Source: Macrostomum lignano
Taxonomy: Eukaryota
NCBI GenBank assembly: GCA_002269645.1
Contig: NIVC01000698.1
Coordinates: 144,694-197,099, forward strand
Direction of reading: 5' to 3'
DNA length: 52,406 bases
Below, piece by piece: positions 1 through 11,900 of this stretch. The notes beneath the pieces are model-generated. The model worked only from the letters and a program-made list of their open reading frames with translations, made no database searches and had not been told where the DNA came from. A program made the translations under genes and the position numbers. Positions within the stretch are counted from its first letter, which is position 1. Every line of letters starts with the position of its first letter.

Positions 1-1350
1 AATTTAAATGCTGCAATAGAAAATAAACTGTTAGGCGTTAGTTTGATTTATTTTAGGAATCACATTATAATACATATGCAGTATAATTGGAATCATTAGA
101 AGATATGAAAGAAATTTTAAAATAAAATATTCTAATTAAAGCGACATGAGCATGAGGATGAGAACGTGGACACGACACCATTAATATAATTGTAAAATAC
201 ACAATTATGAATTATCAAGTAAACAGTTCAGTAAGAGGAGTTCCCATTTATAGATTTTTTAACTTTCGGCTTTCAAAAATAATAATTAGAATACAATAAA
301 CTAGAAATTTATAACGTGGACAACCGAGTTGGCAAGTTCCAAAACTTAAAATTTTCTGCGAAGTCTGCGATTACTACAAAATTTAGAGCAAATGGCTAGA
401 TTTAAATGTTATTAATAAATAATCTAAAAAAGCTTTCAAAATACAATCAAGAGCTTATAGATGGCAGCACTGTGGTATTAATAGGTCAAAATCATTGCAG
501 GCAGTAGATTGTAGTTCTACTTCTCAGGGCGAATGTTAAATGACAATCGGTCAGTAGTAAAAACAAAATCAGGAATAGGCTATTCTCAGATCTAGCCAGT
601 CAAGCTTAGAGTTAAAATCTGCGTTAAATTGTAGGGCAAAATAGGACAAAATTGATTTGAGCGCATAGAATAGAAGCAAAGTATTGGATTACAAAATTGA
701 ATTACGATCGTATATTGTAAAAAGTATACAAATGTTACACTTAAACTCCTACTTATTTACCTTATCAAAACATAAAAGCAAAAACTCAGTTTTTAGAGAA
801 GTTTTAATCATTATATTTTTCTATTAAAACTAAAATGATAACTTATTGTCTACAAAGTGTTGTTTTTATCAATAGTTATGTAACTGTATTTGTTTTAAAT
901 TACTAAAAGTGTAAATGAAAGCCGCGGTAAAAAAATTATTTCTGCTTTTTCGTCGACAATATAAGAACTTAATTTGACTTTCAGCACTAAGAAACACGTT
1001 ACTTTAACAACAATGTTTTTTTGCGGATTAAAGTTTGTAGATGGGTCCGATGCATGGTTTCTGTTATGAAAGGATGTACGTACAAATGTAAGAGACGATC
1101 TACATCATTGCCATGGCTGTGTTTGTGTAGCTTAAATAAAAAGTATGAACATTGCATGTAAACAATGTTTTATATAATTATTTATAGGCGGCTAGAGATT
1201 AAAAAAAACAAGAAAATAAGTAAATTTTCCCAAACATATAATCTCAGTTGTATACTTTTCTATTCATGCACGGCTGCTATTTTCCCCAACCAGATCCGAT
1301 GGACTGCAATGATAGGTACTAGCTAGCTAGTTAGCCGCAGGACTTATGCA

Positions 1351-1548
1351 ATGGGTATCCTGGCCGCAGCTCTGCTGGTCCTTGGCGGCCCAGTTCGGTG
1401 TCATGCCAGCCGACCCAACACCGGTGTCTCCAACGCCAGAGCTAATGAGCCGAGCAATTGGCAATTATATACATGTACGTTTCATCAAGTCGACTCAATG
1501 TTTTGCATGTATGAATTCGATCGAGGATCTGAAAACGGAGTGTTGTGA
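1351..1548 (+). CDS. Possible small secreted peptide or orphan exon (65 aa)
   Basis: GC-rich island in AT-rich DNA. ATG at 1351 follows an acceptor-like CCGCAG (ends 1340). Hydrophobic N-terminus MGILAAALLVLGG resembles a signal peptide. Possible donor GTACGT near 1475. No family recognised. Confidence 0.25.
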   Translation: MGILAAALLVLGGPVRCHASRPNTGVSNARANEPSNWQLYTCTFHQVDSMFCMYEFDRGSENGVL

Positions 1549-2981
1549 TCAGCGATGCGCGATGCTCCAAAGTCCAAATTATTCAATACATGTAGCGCTT
1601 CATTGCATTCCTGTTGTTTGTTCAAGCGTATTTTAGGGTTTTGCTGAAGCAATCGGCCGGCGTTAAATGTTTAAACTCACTTTTTTGTTTAAACTGATCA
1701 AGAAGGAAACTGTAATTTGATTCAAACAATTGGGAACGTAAAAGCTTTTTTTAAATAAATCGCAAAGCACTGTGACGAGGTGAACAGTAGTGATAATTTA
1801 TTGTTTATCAATTGACAGCCTTTTTACAATCTAAAGGGGCAGTATAGTTCTGTAGTAGTCAACCGCAATATATAATGAAGGGCCTTCAGTCTAGCATGTA
1901 ATAGACTGAGTTTGATTGGTCACAAGACCATGCTAGAGCCCGCGCAGGAAGATGCGGCCAAAAGACACAATTAATATAATACGCTTCAAAATAATTCATT
2001 TTGAGATACAATTAAAACAAACTTAAGTATTGATTACATTAGATATGAATATATCAGGTTAATCAATATTACATTAAAAAATCACAAATATTATGCTCAA
2101 ATAATCCATAAAGTATTTGAACGAATTTGACACCGTCACATCACTATTAGTAATTAACAGGATGATTTTAAATATTTGCACGTTCCCTACTAGAAGCTGC
2201 GTGGTTACAAAACGTACGTCACACTTAAAACAGTCCAATTGACTCTATATCTGTAACAAGGGTATGAAGCGCAAAAAGTTCCATATTCCAAGCAATGCAT
2301 ACGTATACGGCCATAAATTCTTCCTAGAGAGCTGCGCGCCTCGATTTCCGCATTTCAAGTGCAGAAGCGGTGCAGATTCCAGCAGCATCTGCACGCCATT
2401 CCATTCCACCTCGGACCTCCTTGGTTCCGAAAACATGACGCGACCCGCGGGCGACTAAAATAGCGACAGCCCCCCCCCCAGTAGTTGCGCGAACCTCGGC
2501 AGATATAAATTCCTTGCTAAACGCGCAGACACGTGATAAAAGCACCCAGCTGCCGCATGATGCCGGAATTCGGACCCCCTTCGTGCAGCTGCCTCGGGAA
2601 CGTCGATCCCCGCAAGTGGATTGGCCGATAAGGCAGTCACGGGACTGCGATCGGCTCTAGAAAGCAAATAAGTCTTCTAAAAGAGCAATGGGTACTATAC
2701 AGTGTAATACAAGCGAGTAAAGGGTGACAGAAGAAGCTATTGCACTACAATTTGCACTGTACTGGCTGTGGAGTTGTACATCCCACACGCCCTTCCAATA
2801 TCTATATATATATGTAATAGCTTACGTATATTCGACCTATTTTTATACCTATTCTTGCTTACAGAACCGACCCTGCAGATCAGCTGATTCTCGCGGCTCC
2901 CAACCTCACCAGCCAGCCCTATATATCTGCATGCTCTTAGCCAGCAAATAGGGGAGTTCATAGAGCGAACCCATCGTAACC

Positions 2982-5900
2982 ATGGCGCCAGTTCTTAACG
3001 CCCTGCTGCTGCTCCTCACTGGTGTCTCCGCCACCTTGGCCGCTGAACAATTCGTTGAAGCCGGCGACAGCGGCAACTGTACTAGGCCGAGCCCGGCCTG
3101 CTGCGCCACTGGACCACCCTGGAACTCGCCGGGGTGCCCGTGTTTGTGCACCAGCGCCTGGACCGGCGCGGCCACTTCCTGCTGGAGCCGCTGCTGTCCC
3201 TGCCAACCACCGAGCCCGTCGAGGCCATCATCAACGCCTCGTGCGTCCGGTTCGACCGGCTGACCGGAGTTCACTACCTGAGCTTTCCCGTGGCTCTGCG
3301 AGATGACGAGCTGCTGCACCAGGCCAGGGAGAGGCTGCGGCATGCCGCGCCTCGGTCTGTGGCCTTCCTGCGGCCGGCCGGGCCAGCCTGCCGCCTGCGG
3401 AGGCCGAGGGACGCCTGCCTGGCGGCTGGAAGATGGAGAGCCTCCGGCTCAGCTCGGAGGGCCAGCTGGGCTACCTGCGAATCAACTGCCCGCACCAGCG
3501 GGCCTGCGTGGAACTCAGGCATGTCCGCGATTATGAACTGCATCCCAATGCCTCATCATGAGGGATCTCGGATCGCAATCTCAAAAAATCTCTCAGATCT
3601 CCCCTTATTCCAACACGGATCCCATCGCAAGAAATCCCAGATACCAACTTAGAAACTCCTATCTCAGGAAATTTCGGACCCCATCTCAAGAAAATCCATC
3701 ACGAGTAATCATGGATCATCTAGGATCATCTCAGGAAATCCCAGATCCCATTATGAGATGTCCAAGATCCCATTATGGGATATCCAAGATCCCATTATGG
3801 GATATCCAAGATCCCATTATGGGATATCCAAGGTCCCAATATGAAATATCCAAGATCCCAATATGGGATATCCAAGATCCCATTTTAGAATATCCAAGAT
3901 CCCATTATGGGATATCCAAGATCTCATGATGGGATATCCAAGGTCCCAATATGAAATATCCAAGATCCCAATATGGGATATCCAAGATCCCATTTTAGAA
4001 AATCCAAGATCCCATTATGAGAAATTCAAGATCCCAGTATGGGATGTCTAAAATCCCATTATGGGACAACTCAACTCCCATAAAAATCGATGCTGAAAAA
4101 TTTTTCAGATCCCAGCTGTTGAGTGGCAGCGTTGGGATCTTTGAGCGCTTCCTGCTCCGCCTGGACTCCGCCGTGTCGCCCGACGGCTGCGCCTCCGTTG
4201 CAAACCTGACCAAGCCGGTGGTGGTGCCCGCCGCCTCGCAGATCGACGTCGCGCACTTCGCCCGCCGGAGCGTCGGCGACGCGTCCGGCCCGCCCGATGT
4301 CGACGACAGCCGTAACTTGACGGCCTGCTCCAAGCCGGCGCCCCAGCTGGTGCTGTACCGGGATTTCTACATCAAAGGCAGGCCGGTGTTTGTGCTGACG
4401 AGGCGCGAGTCCGTGGCGGCCAGGGCGCCGAGCGAGTTCTGGCTGGAGCCGCTGCTCAGCCTGCAGACCGGGGAGGCGGTCACCGCCCGAGGGTTTCGGA
4501 ACGCCAGCGGCTGGTGAGACTTAACTGCTGCATTCGAGATCCCAAATCCCAGATTGACAATTCAGATCATCAATCCTACGTTCTTATCGTAGAATTTTAG
4601 TACCCAAAATCCTAGTTCCCAAATCCCAGTTCCCAAATCCCAGTTCCCAAATCCCAGTTCCAAAGTCTCAGTCCCCAAATCCCAGTTCCCAAATCCCAGT
4701 TCCCAAATCCCAGTTCCAAAGTCTCAGTCCCCAAATCCCAGTTCCCAAATCCCAGATCCCAAATCCCAGATCCCAAATCCCAGATCCCAAATCCCAGATC
4801 CCAAATCCCAGTTCCCAAATCCTAGTTCCCAAATCCCAGATCCCAAACCCCAGTTCCCAAATCTCAGTCCCCAAATCCCAGTTCTCAAATTCCAGATCCC
4901 AAATCCCAGTCATAAAACGCTAAATCAATGCTCTGATTTAATTAAAAATCCCAGATCCTAGCTGTAATACCAGATCCTACAGTTTCAAGATCTCTGATCC
5001 CTTCAGCTCCTGAGTTGAAAAATTTGCATAGATCCCCAGATTACTCAATGTGCTGGTAACAATGACATTAGAAAAGGTCTCCCCAAAGTTTACCTGACCC
5101 AGTGCACCGCTCCGCAGGCCCTACGTGCCCCTCCGCCTGAGCCTCCGCCAGTCGGACATCAGAAGCGCCGCAGTGAAGCGGCTGCGACAGCCCAACAGGC
5201 CAGTTCCCAGTCTGCGCTACCTGCACCTCGTCGACTGGCGTCTGGAAGGCCGCAAGCGCCTGCCCGGCTTTAAAGTGGACCGACTACGGCTGTCCACCAA
5301 CCGGGAGGTCGCCCATATCCGGTTGATGGCGCCGAACGACACAGCAGCGGGTGCCAAGGCTGCTGAAGTGCTGAGGTGAGCATTCTCGCGCTTCCTACGA
5401 GTACTCAGGGGTCCAGCTGGATCGCTAACCCTACCCTAACTCTAACCCTACCCTAACCTAAACCCTAACCCTAACCCCAACTCCTGCCTCGATAGTGTAT
5501 TTTCCCGAAAAGCCTACACCTTTGAAGTGTTTTCTAAGAAACGAAATTTAAACCGTTCCACTTGATTTGATGTTGCAAAGCATTTGAAATATTTCAGCCT
5601 GCTTGATACTAACAGTAGAGTATTAGGGTTTTGACTCGAAATTCGTATGTTAAAATAAAAAAAAGTTTTGATTTGAACATTAAGAGGCCAATACACACTC
5701 CTTGTACTTTAGATTTTCGATCATCTCACTCCACACATGTATCTCTGATCTGATTGGATACGCATCAAAGTCAAAGGACACCCACCTCACGCGTCCTGAA
5801 ATCATCTCTAATCTGATTGGATAAGCGCCAAAGTCAAAGGACACCCACCTCACGCGTTCTGAAATCATCTCTAATCTGATTGGATAAGCGCCAAAGTCAA

Positions 5901-8900
5901 AGGACACCCACCTCACGCGTCCTGAAATCATCTCTAATCTGATTGGCCGAGAGCGAACACAGACTAGATTGATCACAGAAACCCCTCCCGAACATCCCAG
6001 GCAGCAGATCGCCGCCAATCCAACTCTGCTATTCGACGCGCTGCAGTTCAGCTTTGCCTTCTCGCCGGACGAGGCGCCTGCCTCCTCTGCGGCGTCCTCA
6101 TCGTGCGAGGAGTCGCCAGTCTACTGGGTGCAGCGCAGGCCCATTGTACCGCACCTGTCCCAGTTCCCAGTGTCCGAGCTGCAGCGCCACTGGCAGGCAG
6201 ATCGGCCTGGCAATGAGTCCCGCTGTCGCCTGTCGATGCAGCCGCAGGTGGCGAAGGTGGTGAGCTACCGGGGCCAGCCGCTGGTGCTGTGGAAACGGCA
6301 GGACCATCCAGGCAGTCATTCATCTCAGCTGGATGACTTCCTAATCGAGCCAATCTTCCTGCTGCGCAACGACGGTCTTGAGGCGGCGTTCAGCGTCGGA
6401 TTCGACTACGCCAGATCGGCGCATTTCGTCAGCTGCCGGGTCGACCTGCAGAGCGACGACGCGTTGGCGTTAATTAGGCGGAATTTGACCCACTTGGACA
6501 GGTTCCGCTCGGTTGCGTTCGCCATGATTGGCAATCTCAGCATCTGGCCGACTGCCAACATCAGCGGCGTGACGGCCGTGGAATTCTACGCCTCCTACAA
6601 CCAGCGGGACGGCTTTCTGCGGCTCTACTGCGACCGGCTGGCCGCCTGCGCCGGGCTTAGGTCGGTTTTAAACTGGCTTCCATAGTTACTGGCTCCGATT
6701 ACATTGCCTAGCAACCTGGTATCCTAGCAACCTGGTATCCTAGCAACCTGGTATCCTAGCAACCTGGTATCCTAGCAACCTGGTATCCTAGCAACCTGGT
6801 ATCCTAGCAACCTGGTATCCTAGCAACCTGGTATCCTAGCAACCTGGTATCCTAGCAACCTGGTATCCTAGCAACCTGGTATCCTAGCAACCTGGTATCC
6901 TAGCAACCTGGTATCCTAGCAACCTGGTATCCTAGCAACCTGGTATCCTAGCAACCTGGTATCCTAGCAACCTGGTATCCTAGCAACCTGGTATCCTAGC
7001 AACCTGGTATCCTAGCAACCTGGTATCCTAGCAACCTGGTATCCTAGCAACCTGGTATCCTAGCAACCTGGTATCCTAGCAACCTGGTATCCTAGCAACC
7101 TGGTATCCTAGCAACCTGGTATCCTAGCAACCTGGTATCCTAGCAACCTGGTATCCTAGCAACCTGGTATCCTAGCAACCTGGTATCCTAGCAACCTGGT
7201 ATCCTAGCAACCTGGTATCCTAGCAACCTGGTATCCTAGCAACCAAGCAATCTAGCTCAGAGATTGGATATAACTGCTGTCAGTGTCTGAAAAGTTAAGC
7301 AAAATTCGCTGCGGTTAGTGCAGGCTGCTTTTTTTAACCTGACTTTCTCAACTCTCGACTTGCTTAACTAATCTCCAGGAACTACCTGTCAAAGTCCAGC
7401 GAACTTCTGCTCGAGCGCTTGCAAATCAACATCACCATGGCAACGCCTGACGACGGCTGCCTAGCACCGGAGCCCATTGGCAAGCTGATCCTGGCCAGGC
7501 GACATCTCGTAGACCTGGCCTACCTCAGGGAGAAGTCGCCGCCGCGGCTGGTGTGCGCCGAGGCCGCCTATCCCCGGGTGCAGGCACCGGTGCAGCCGAC
7601 CGGCTCCTGCCAGCTGGTGCTGCACCGGTCCCGCAACCTCCTGGGCGGCCAGAGCCTCTTTGTCGAACCGGCCTTCTGCCTGGACCGGCAGCCGCCCACT
7701 CTGCACTTTGACTACGTGCGCAACCTGCCCTACCTGAGTCTGCGAATGGCGCTGGCGAACGATTCCCTGCTTGGCGAAGTTCGCCGAGGCCTCGCGGACT
7801 CCGGCGGGACCAGCGACACCGCCGACATCCCGGCGGAGGACACCATCGACTTCATGGAGCTGTGGAACCTCCGGCTGAGACCGAGGACCCGGCTGCCGGG
7901 ACTCGAGGCCGGCGATTTCAAAGTGGCCTTCGATAGGAGCGAAGCCGAACTGCGGATTCACTGCCTGAGCGGCAGAGTGTGCAGGACTCTGCAGTGAGCC
8001 GGCGCTACCCACTAAATTGTCCTCAATCCAGACCGCTGCGTCTCGAACGCCTGGGATGCGGATTCTCGATCCATGGTCCATCGATTATTTTCCTGATCCC
8101 TGATCCTTAATTCCTGATCTCTGATCCCTGATCTCTGATCCCTGATCTCTGATCCTTGATCCCTGATCCCTGATCCCTGATCCCTGATCCCTGATCCTTT
8201 ATCTTTGATCCCCGATTCGTGATCCCTAATCCCTGATAACCCGATCCTTGATCTTGATACCGATCCTCTTTCCTGATTTAGATCATCCCGATTCTCCTGA
8301 TCCCCAATCTGATCCTTGATCTCTATTCCTTGATCCCAATCCTTTATTCTTCTCAATCAGTCACCATTGGCCCCTGCTCCGCAGCTCGAACATGCTGCAG
8401 AACAGCACCCTGCTGCTGGAGAACTTCAACCTCGAGATCACGGCAAATCTGCCCAGCTACGATTGCTGGATGCCGCAGCTGTTGCGCAAGCAAATTTTGA
8501 GTCGCAGCGCCTCCTACTTCGATTTGAGCTACCTGAACGGCAAAACCCGCCGCCTCCCCGGCTGCCCTCGGCCCCTGCCGATGCGCCTGTTCAGCGTCAA
8601 GTCGGTGGACGGTTGCACCGCCGTGGTGCACAAGCGCGAGGACACCAAGGCGGAGTTCTACATCGAGCCGCTGTTTTGCTTCAACGGCAGGGTTGAGCTG
8701 GGCTTCAACTACCTCACGGGCAGCCCCTACGCCAGCCTGGGCGTCGACCTCAGCCGCCAGTCCGTGCTGGACACCGTGACCGCCCAGCTCGCCAATCTAG
8801 CGCCCAAGCGGGTGTCATTTCTCCAGGTGCGCAAGGTGAACCTGACTCGGAGGGACTTGGGCAGCGAGGCCTACCAGCTGGACAGCTTCTCCGCCAGCGT

Positions 8901-11900
8901 GGACAGGAGCCGGGGCCAGTTCCGGGTGCTCTGCCAGACCTGGGCTGCCTGCAGGGACCTCAGGTAAGCTGGTGTGGTCTCGGATTGGGATCTCGGATTG
9001 GGATCTCGGATTGGGATCTCGGATTGGGATCTCGGATTGGATCTCGGATTGGGATCTCGGATTGGGATCTCGGATTGGGATCTCGGATTGGGATCTCGGA
9101 TTGGGATCTCGGATTGGGATCTCGGATTGGGATCTCGGATTGGGATCTCGGATTGGGATCTCGGATTGGGATCTCGGATTGGGATCTCGGATTGGGATCT
9201 CGGATTGGGATCTCGGATTGGGATCTCGGATTGGGATCTCGGATTGGGATCTCGGATTGGGATCTCGGATTGGGATCTCGGATTGGGATCTCGGATTGGG
9301 ATCTCGGATTGGGATCTCGGATTGGGATCTCGGATTGGGATCTCGGATTGGGATCTCGGATTGGGATCTCGGATTGGGATCTCGGATTGGGATCTCGGAT
9401 TGGGATCTCGGATTGGGATCTCGGATTGGGATCTCGGATTGGGATCTCGGATTGGGATCTCGGATTGGGATCTCGGATTGGGATCTCGGATTGGGATCTC
9501 GGATTGGGATCTCGGATTGGGATCTCGGATTGGGATCTCGGATTGGGATCTCGGATTGGGATCTCGGATTGGGATCTCGGATTGGGATCTCGGATTGGGA
9601 TCTCGGATTGGGATCTCGGATTGGGATCTCGGATTGGGATCTCGGATTGGGATCTCGGATTGGGATCTCGGATTGGGATCTCGGATTGGGATCTCGGATT
9701 GGGATCTCGGATTGGGATCTCGGATTGGGATCTCGGATTGGGATCTCGGATTGGGATCTCGGATTGGGATCTCGGATTGGGATCTCGGATTGGGATCTCG
9801 GATTGGGATCTCGGATTGGGATCTCGGATTGGGATCTCGGATTGGGATCTCGGATTGGGATCTCGGATTGGGATCTCGGATTGGGATCTCGGATTGGGAT
9901 CTCGGATTGGGATCTCGGATTGGGATCTCGGATTGGGATCTCGGATTGGGATCTCGGATTGGGATCTCGGATTGGGATCTCGGATTGGGATCTCGGATTG
10001 GGATCTCGGATTGGGATCTCGGATTGGGATCTCGGATTGGGATCTCGGATTGGGATCTCGGATTGGGATCTCGGATTGGGATCTCGGATTGGGATCTCGG
10101 ATTGGGATCTCGGATTGGGATCTCGGATTGGGATCTCGGGACCTGATCACGATCGGAGTACAGGTGACAGGCTCTCCATCATCCCGCAGCTCCAATCTCT
10201 CCGCGCAGCCCTGGCTGCTGTTCGAGCGAATCCAGCTGACAACCTTCATGGCTAACGTCGCCGACTGCGAGCTGTCGACCGCCATTTACCAGCAGCCGAC
10301 CTCTGCAGCCAGTGACTTCCGCCTGCCGCTCAAGGCCCTCCGGTTGAAGCTGCCAGCGGTGGGCGAGTGCCCCGCCGACGAGGCGCCGCGCCTGCTGCGC
10401 ATCCTGAGCATCGACGGGTGCCCGGTGGCGGTCTACCAGCAGCCCGGCGAGCTGCCACATCAGCGCCGCCTTCTGATCGAACCGCTGCTCTGTTTCCATG
10501 GCAACAATGCCAGTTCGAGTCTGAGCCGGGGCCGCGACTTTCTCAGCAGCGAGGAGTTCGTCAGCGTCCGGCTGATGCTGCGAAGCCACGGCGTGCTGGC
10601 CGCGGTGCAGGAGCAGCTGTCGCTGTCCACCTTGGAGGCCGGCTCCCTGCTGCGCTTCGCCGAACTCTGGGACGTCGGCGTGGCCGAGGAGAGCACTGCG
10701 GCGGGATTGCGGGTGGCTCGGCTCGGCGTTGCCGCCGACGGCGAGACAGCGGAGCTGCGAGTAGCCTGCAGCAGCCGGGCGGCCTGCGAGGCGCTGGTGT
10801 GAGATGCGCCGGGTGGGAGCTTGGCTTGATATGGGGGATGATGAAGCTCAGCATCTGTGTAGTGGGATGCGGAATCTGAGCACATAATGTGAGGTTCGAA
10901 TTGTGGGATGTGGGGTCTGAGCATAGGATGTGGGGTCTGAGTACAGGATGTGGGATATGAGCACAGGATGTGGCCCGATCTGAGCATAGGATGTGGGGTC
11001 TGAGTACAGGATGTCGGATCTGAGCATTGGATGTGGGGTCTGAGTACAGGATGTCGGATCTGAGCATTGGATGTGGGGTCTGAGTACAGGATGTCGGATC
11101 TGAGCATAGGATGTGGGGTCTGAGTACAGGATGTCGGATCTGAGCATAGGATGTGGGATTTGAACACAGGATGTGGGATCTGAGCACGGATGTGGGATAT
11201 GAGCACAGGATGTGGGATCTGAGCATAGGATGTGGGATCTCATCGTAGAATGTGGGATCTGAGCACAGGATGTGGGATCTGAGCATAGTAAGTCGGATCT
11301 GAGCATAGGATGTGGGATCTGAGCATAGGATGTGGGATCTGAGCATAGGATGTGGGATCTGAGCATAGGATGTGGGATCTGAGCATAGTATGTCGAATCT
11401 GAGCATAGGATGTGGGATCTGAGCACAGGATGTGGGATTTGAGCACAGGATTTACTGTAGTATTATCCTGTAGTACTATATGTACGTTCGTAGGTTGTTG
11501 GATATTTTTCGAATAAAAAGAACTTTCCGGATGACACGAGAAAGATGAACGACTTCAAGGGATTATCATTAATCCCAGGGTTTGATCTTCGGTTCGGATT
11601 AAAAGGAACGGTGCATCACCCTAACGGATCGCGAACCCTTTACTCTTTAGGATTCTTTTCTTTGAAGCTTAGGCTTCAGACTTTTCAAGTTAATAATTAG
11701 ATTTCTTTTGCGAAAACAGCAATTCCGTTGACCGCGTAAAGGTTCTAAAGACCTAATGAACTATAAATATCTCTCGCCATTTCTCTCGCAGTCAAAGCCT
11801 CACGGAGGAGCCCACCGACTACCTTCGGTCGGTGCTGTTCTCGGTGTCCAGCCTCACGCCTTCGCGCAGCTGCTACTTCAAAGCGCCCGCCGCCAAACGG

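Noticed and set aside
2245-2680. GC-richer island with several 60-75-aa ORFs
   Set aside because: No recognisable motif, consistent splice pair or RNA-gene signature. It could be a decayed element but cannot be supported.
2906-3343. Minus-strand ORFs overlapping exons (also 7461-8081, 10179-10589, 21089-21463, 43986-44402, 44755-45144, and plus-strand 48102-48746)
   Set aside because: Antisense shadows of GC-rich coding exons with no independent motifs.
3080-3390. Programmed ribosomal frameshifting as the cause of the exon 1 shifts
   Set aside because: No X XXY YYZ slippery heptamer, and two successive events would be needed. Single-G dropout is simpler.
5425-5479. Chromosome end or telomere-healing site
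   Set aside because: Only ~55 bp, degenerate, and inside an intron of a continuous gene.
8960-10285. Long ORFs of 390-605 aa on both strands ([13 protein letters not shown] repeats)
   Set aside because: Translations of a stop-free 13-bp array inside a GT-AG intron (8964-10189). Only 10190-10798 is coding.
10460-11446. Repeat-derived ORFs (also 19902-20825, 32740-33496, 34001-34489, 36322-37329, 37477-37990, 42098-43312, 45207-46238, 46807-47623)
   Set aside because: All are periodic translations of minisatellites in introns or intergenic DNA.
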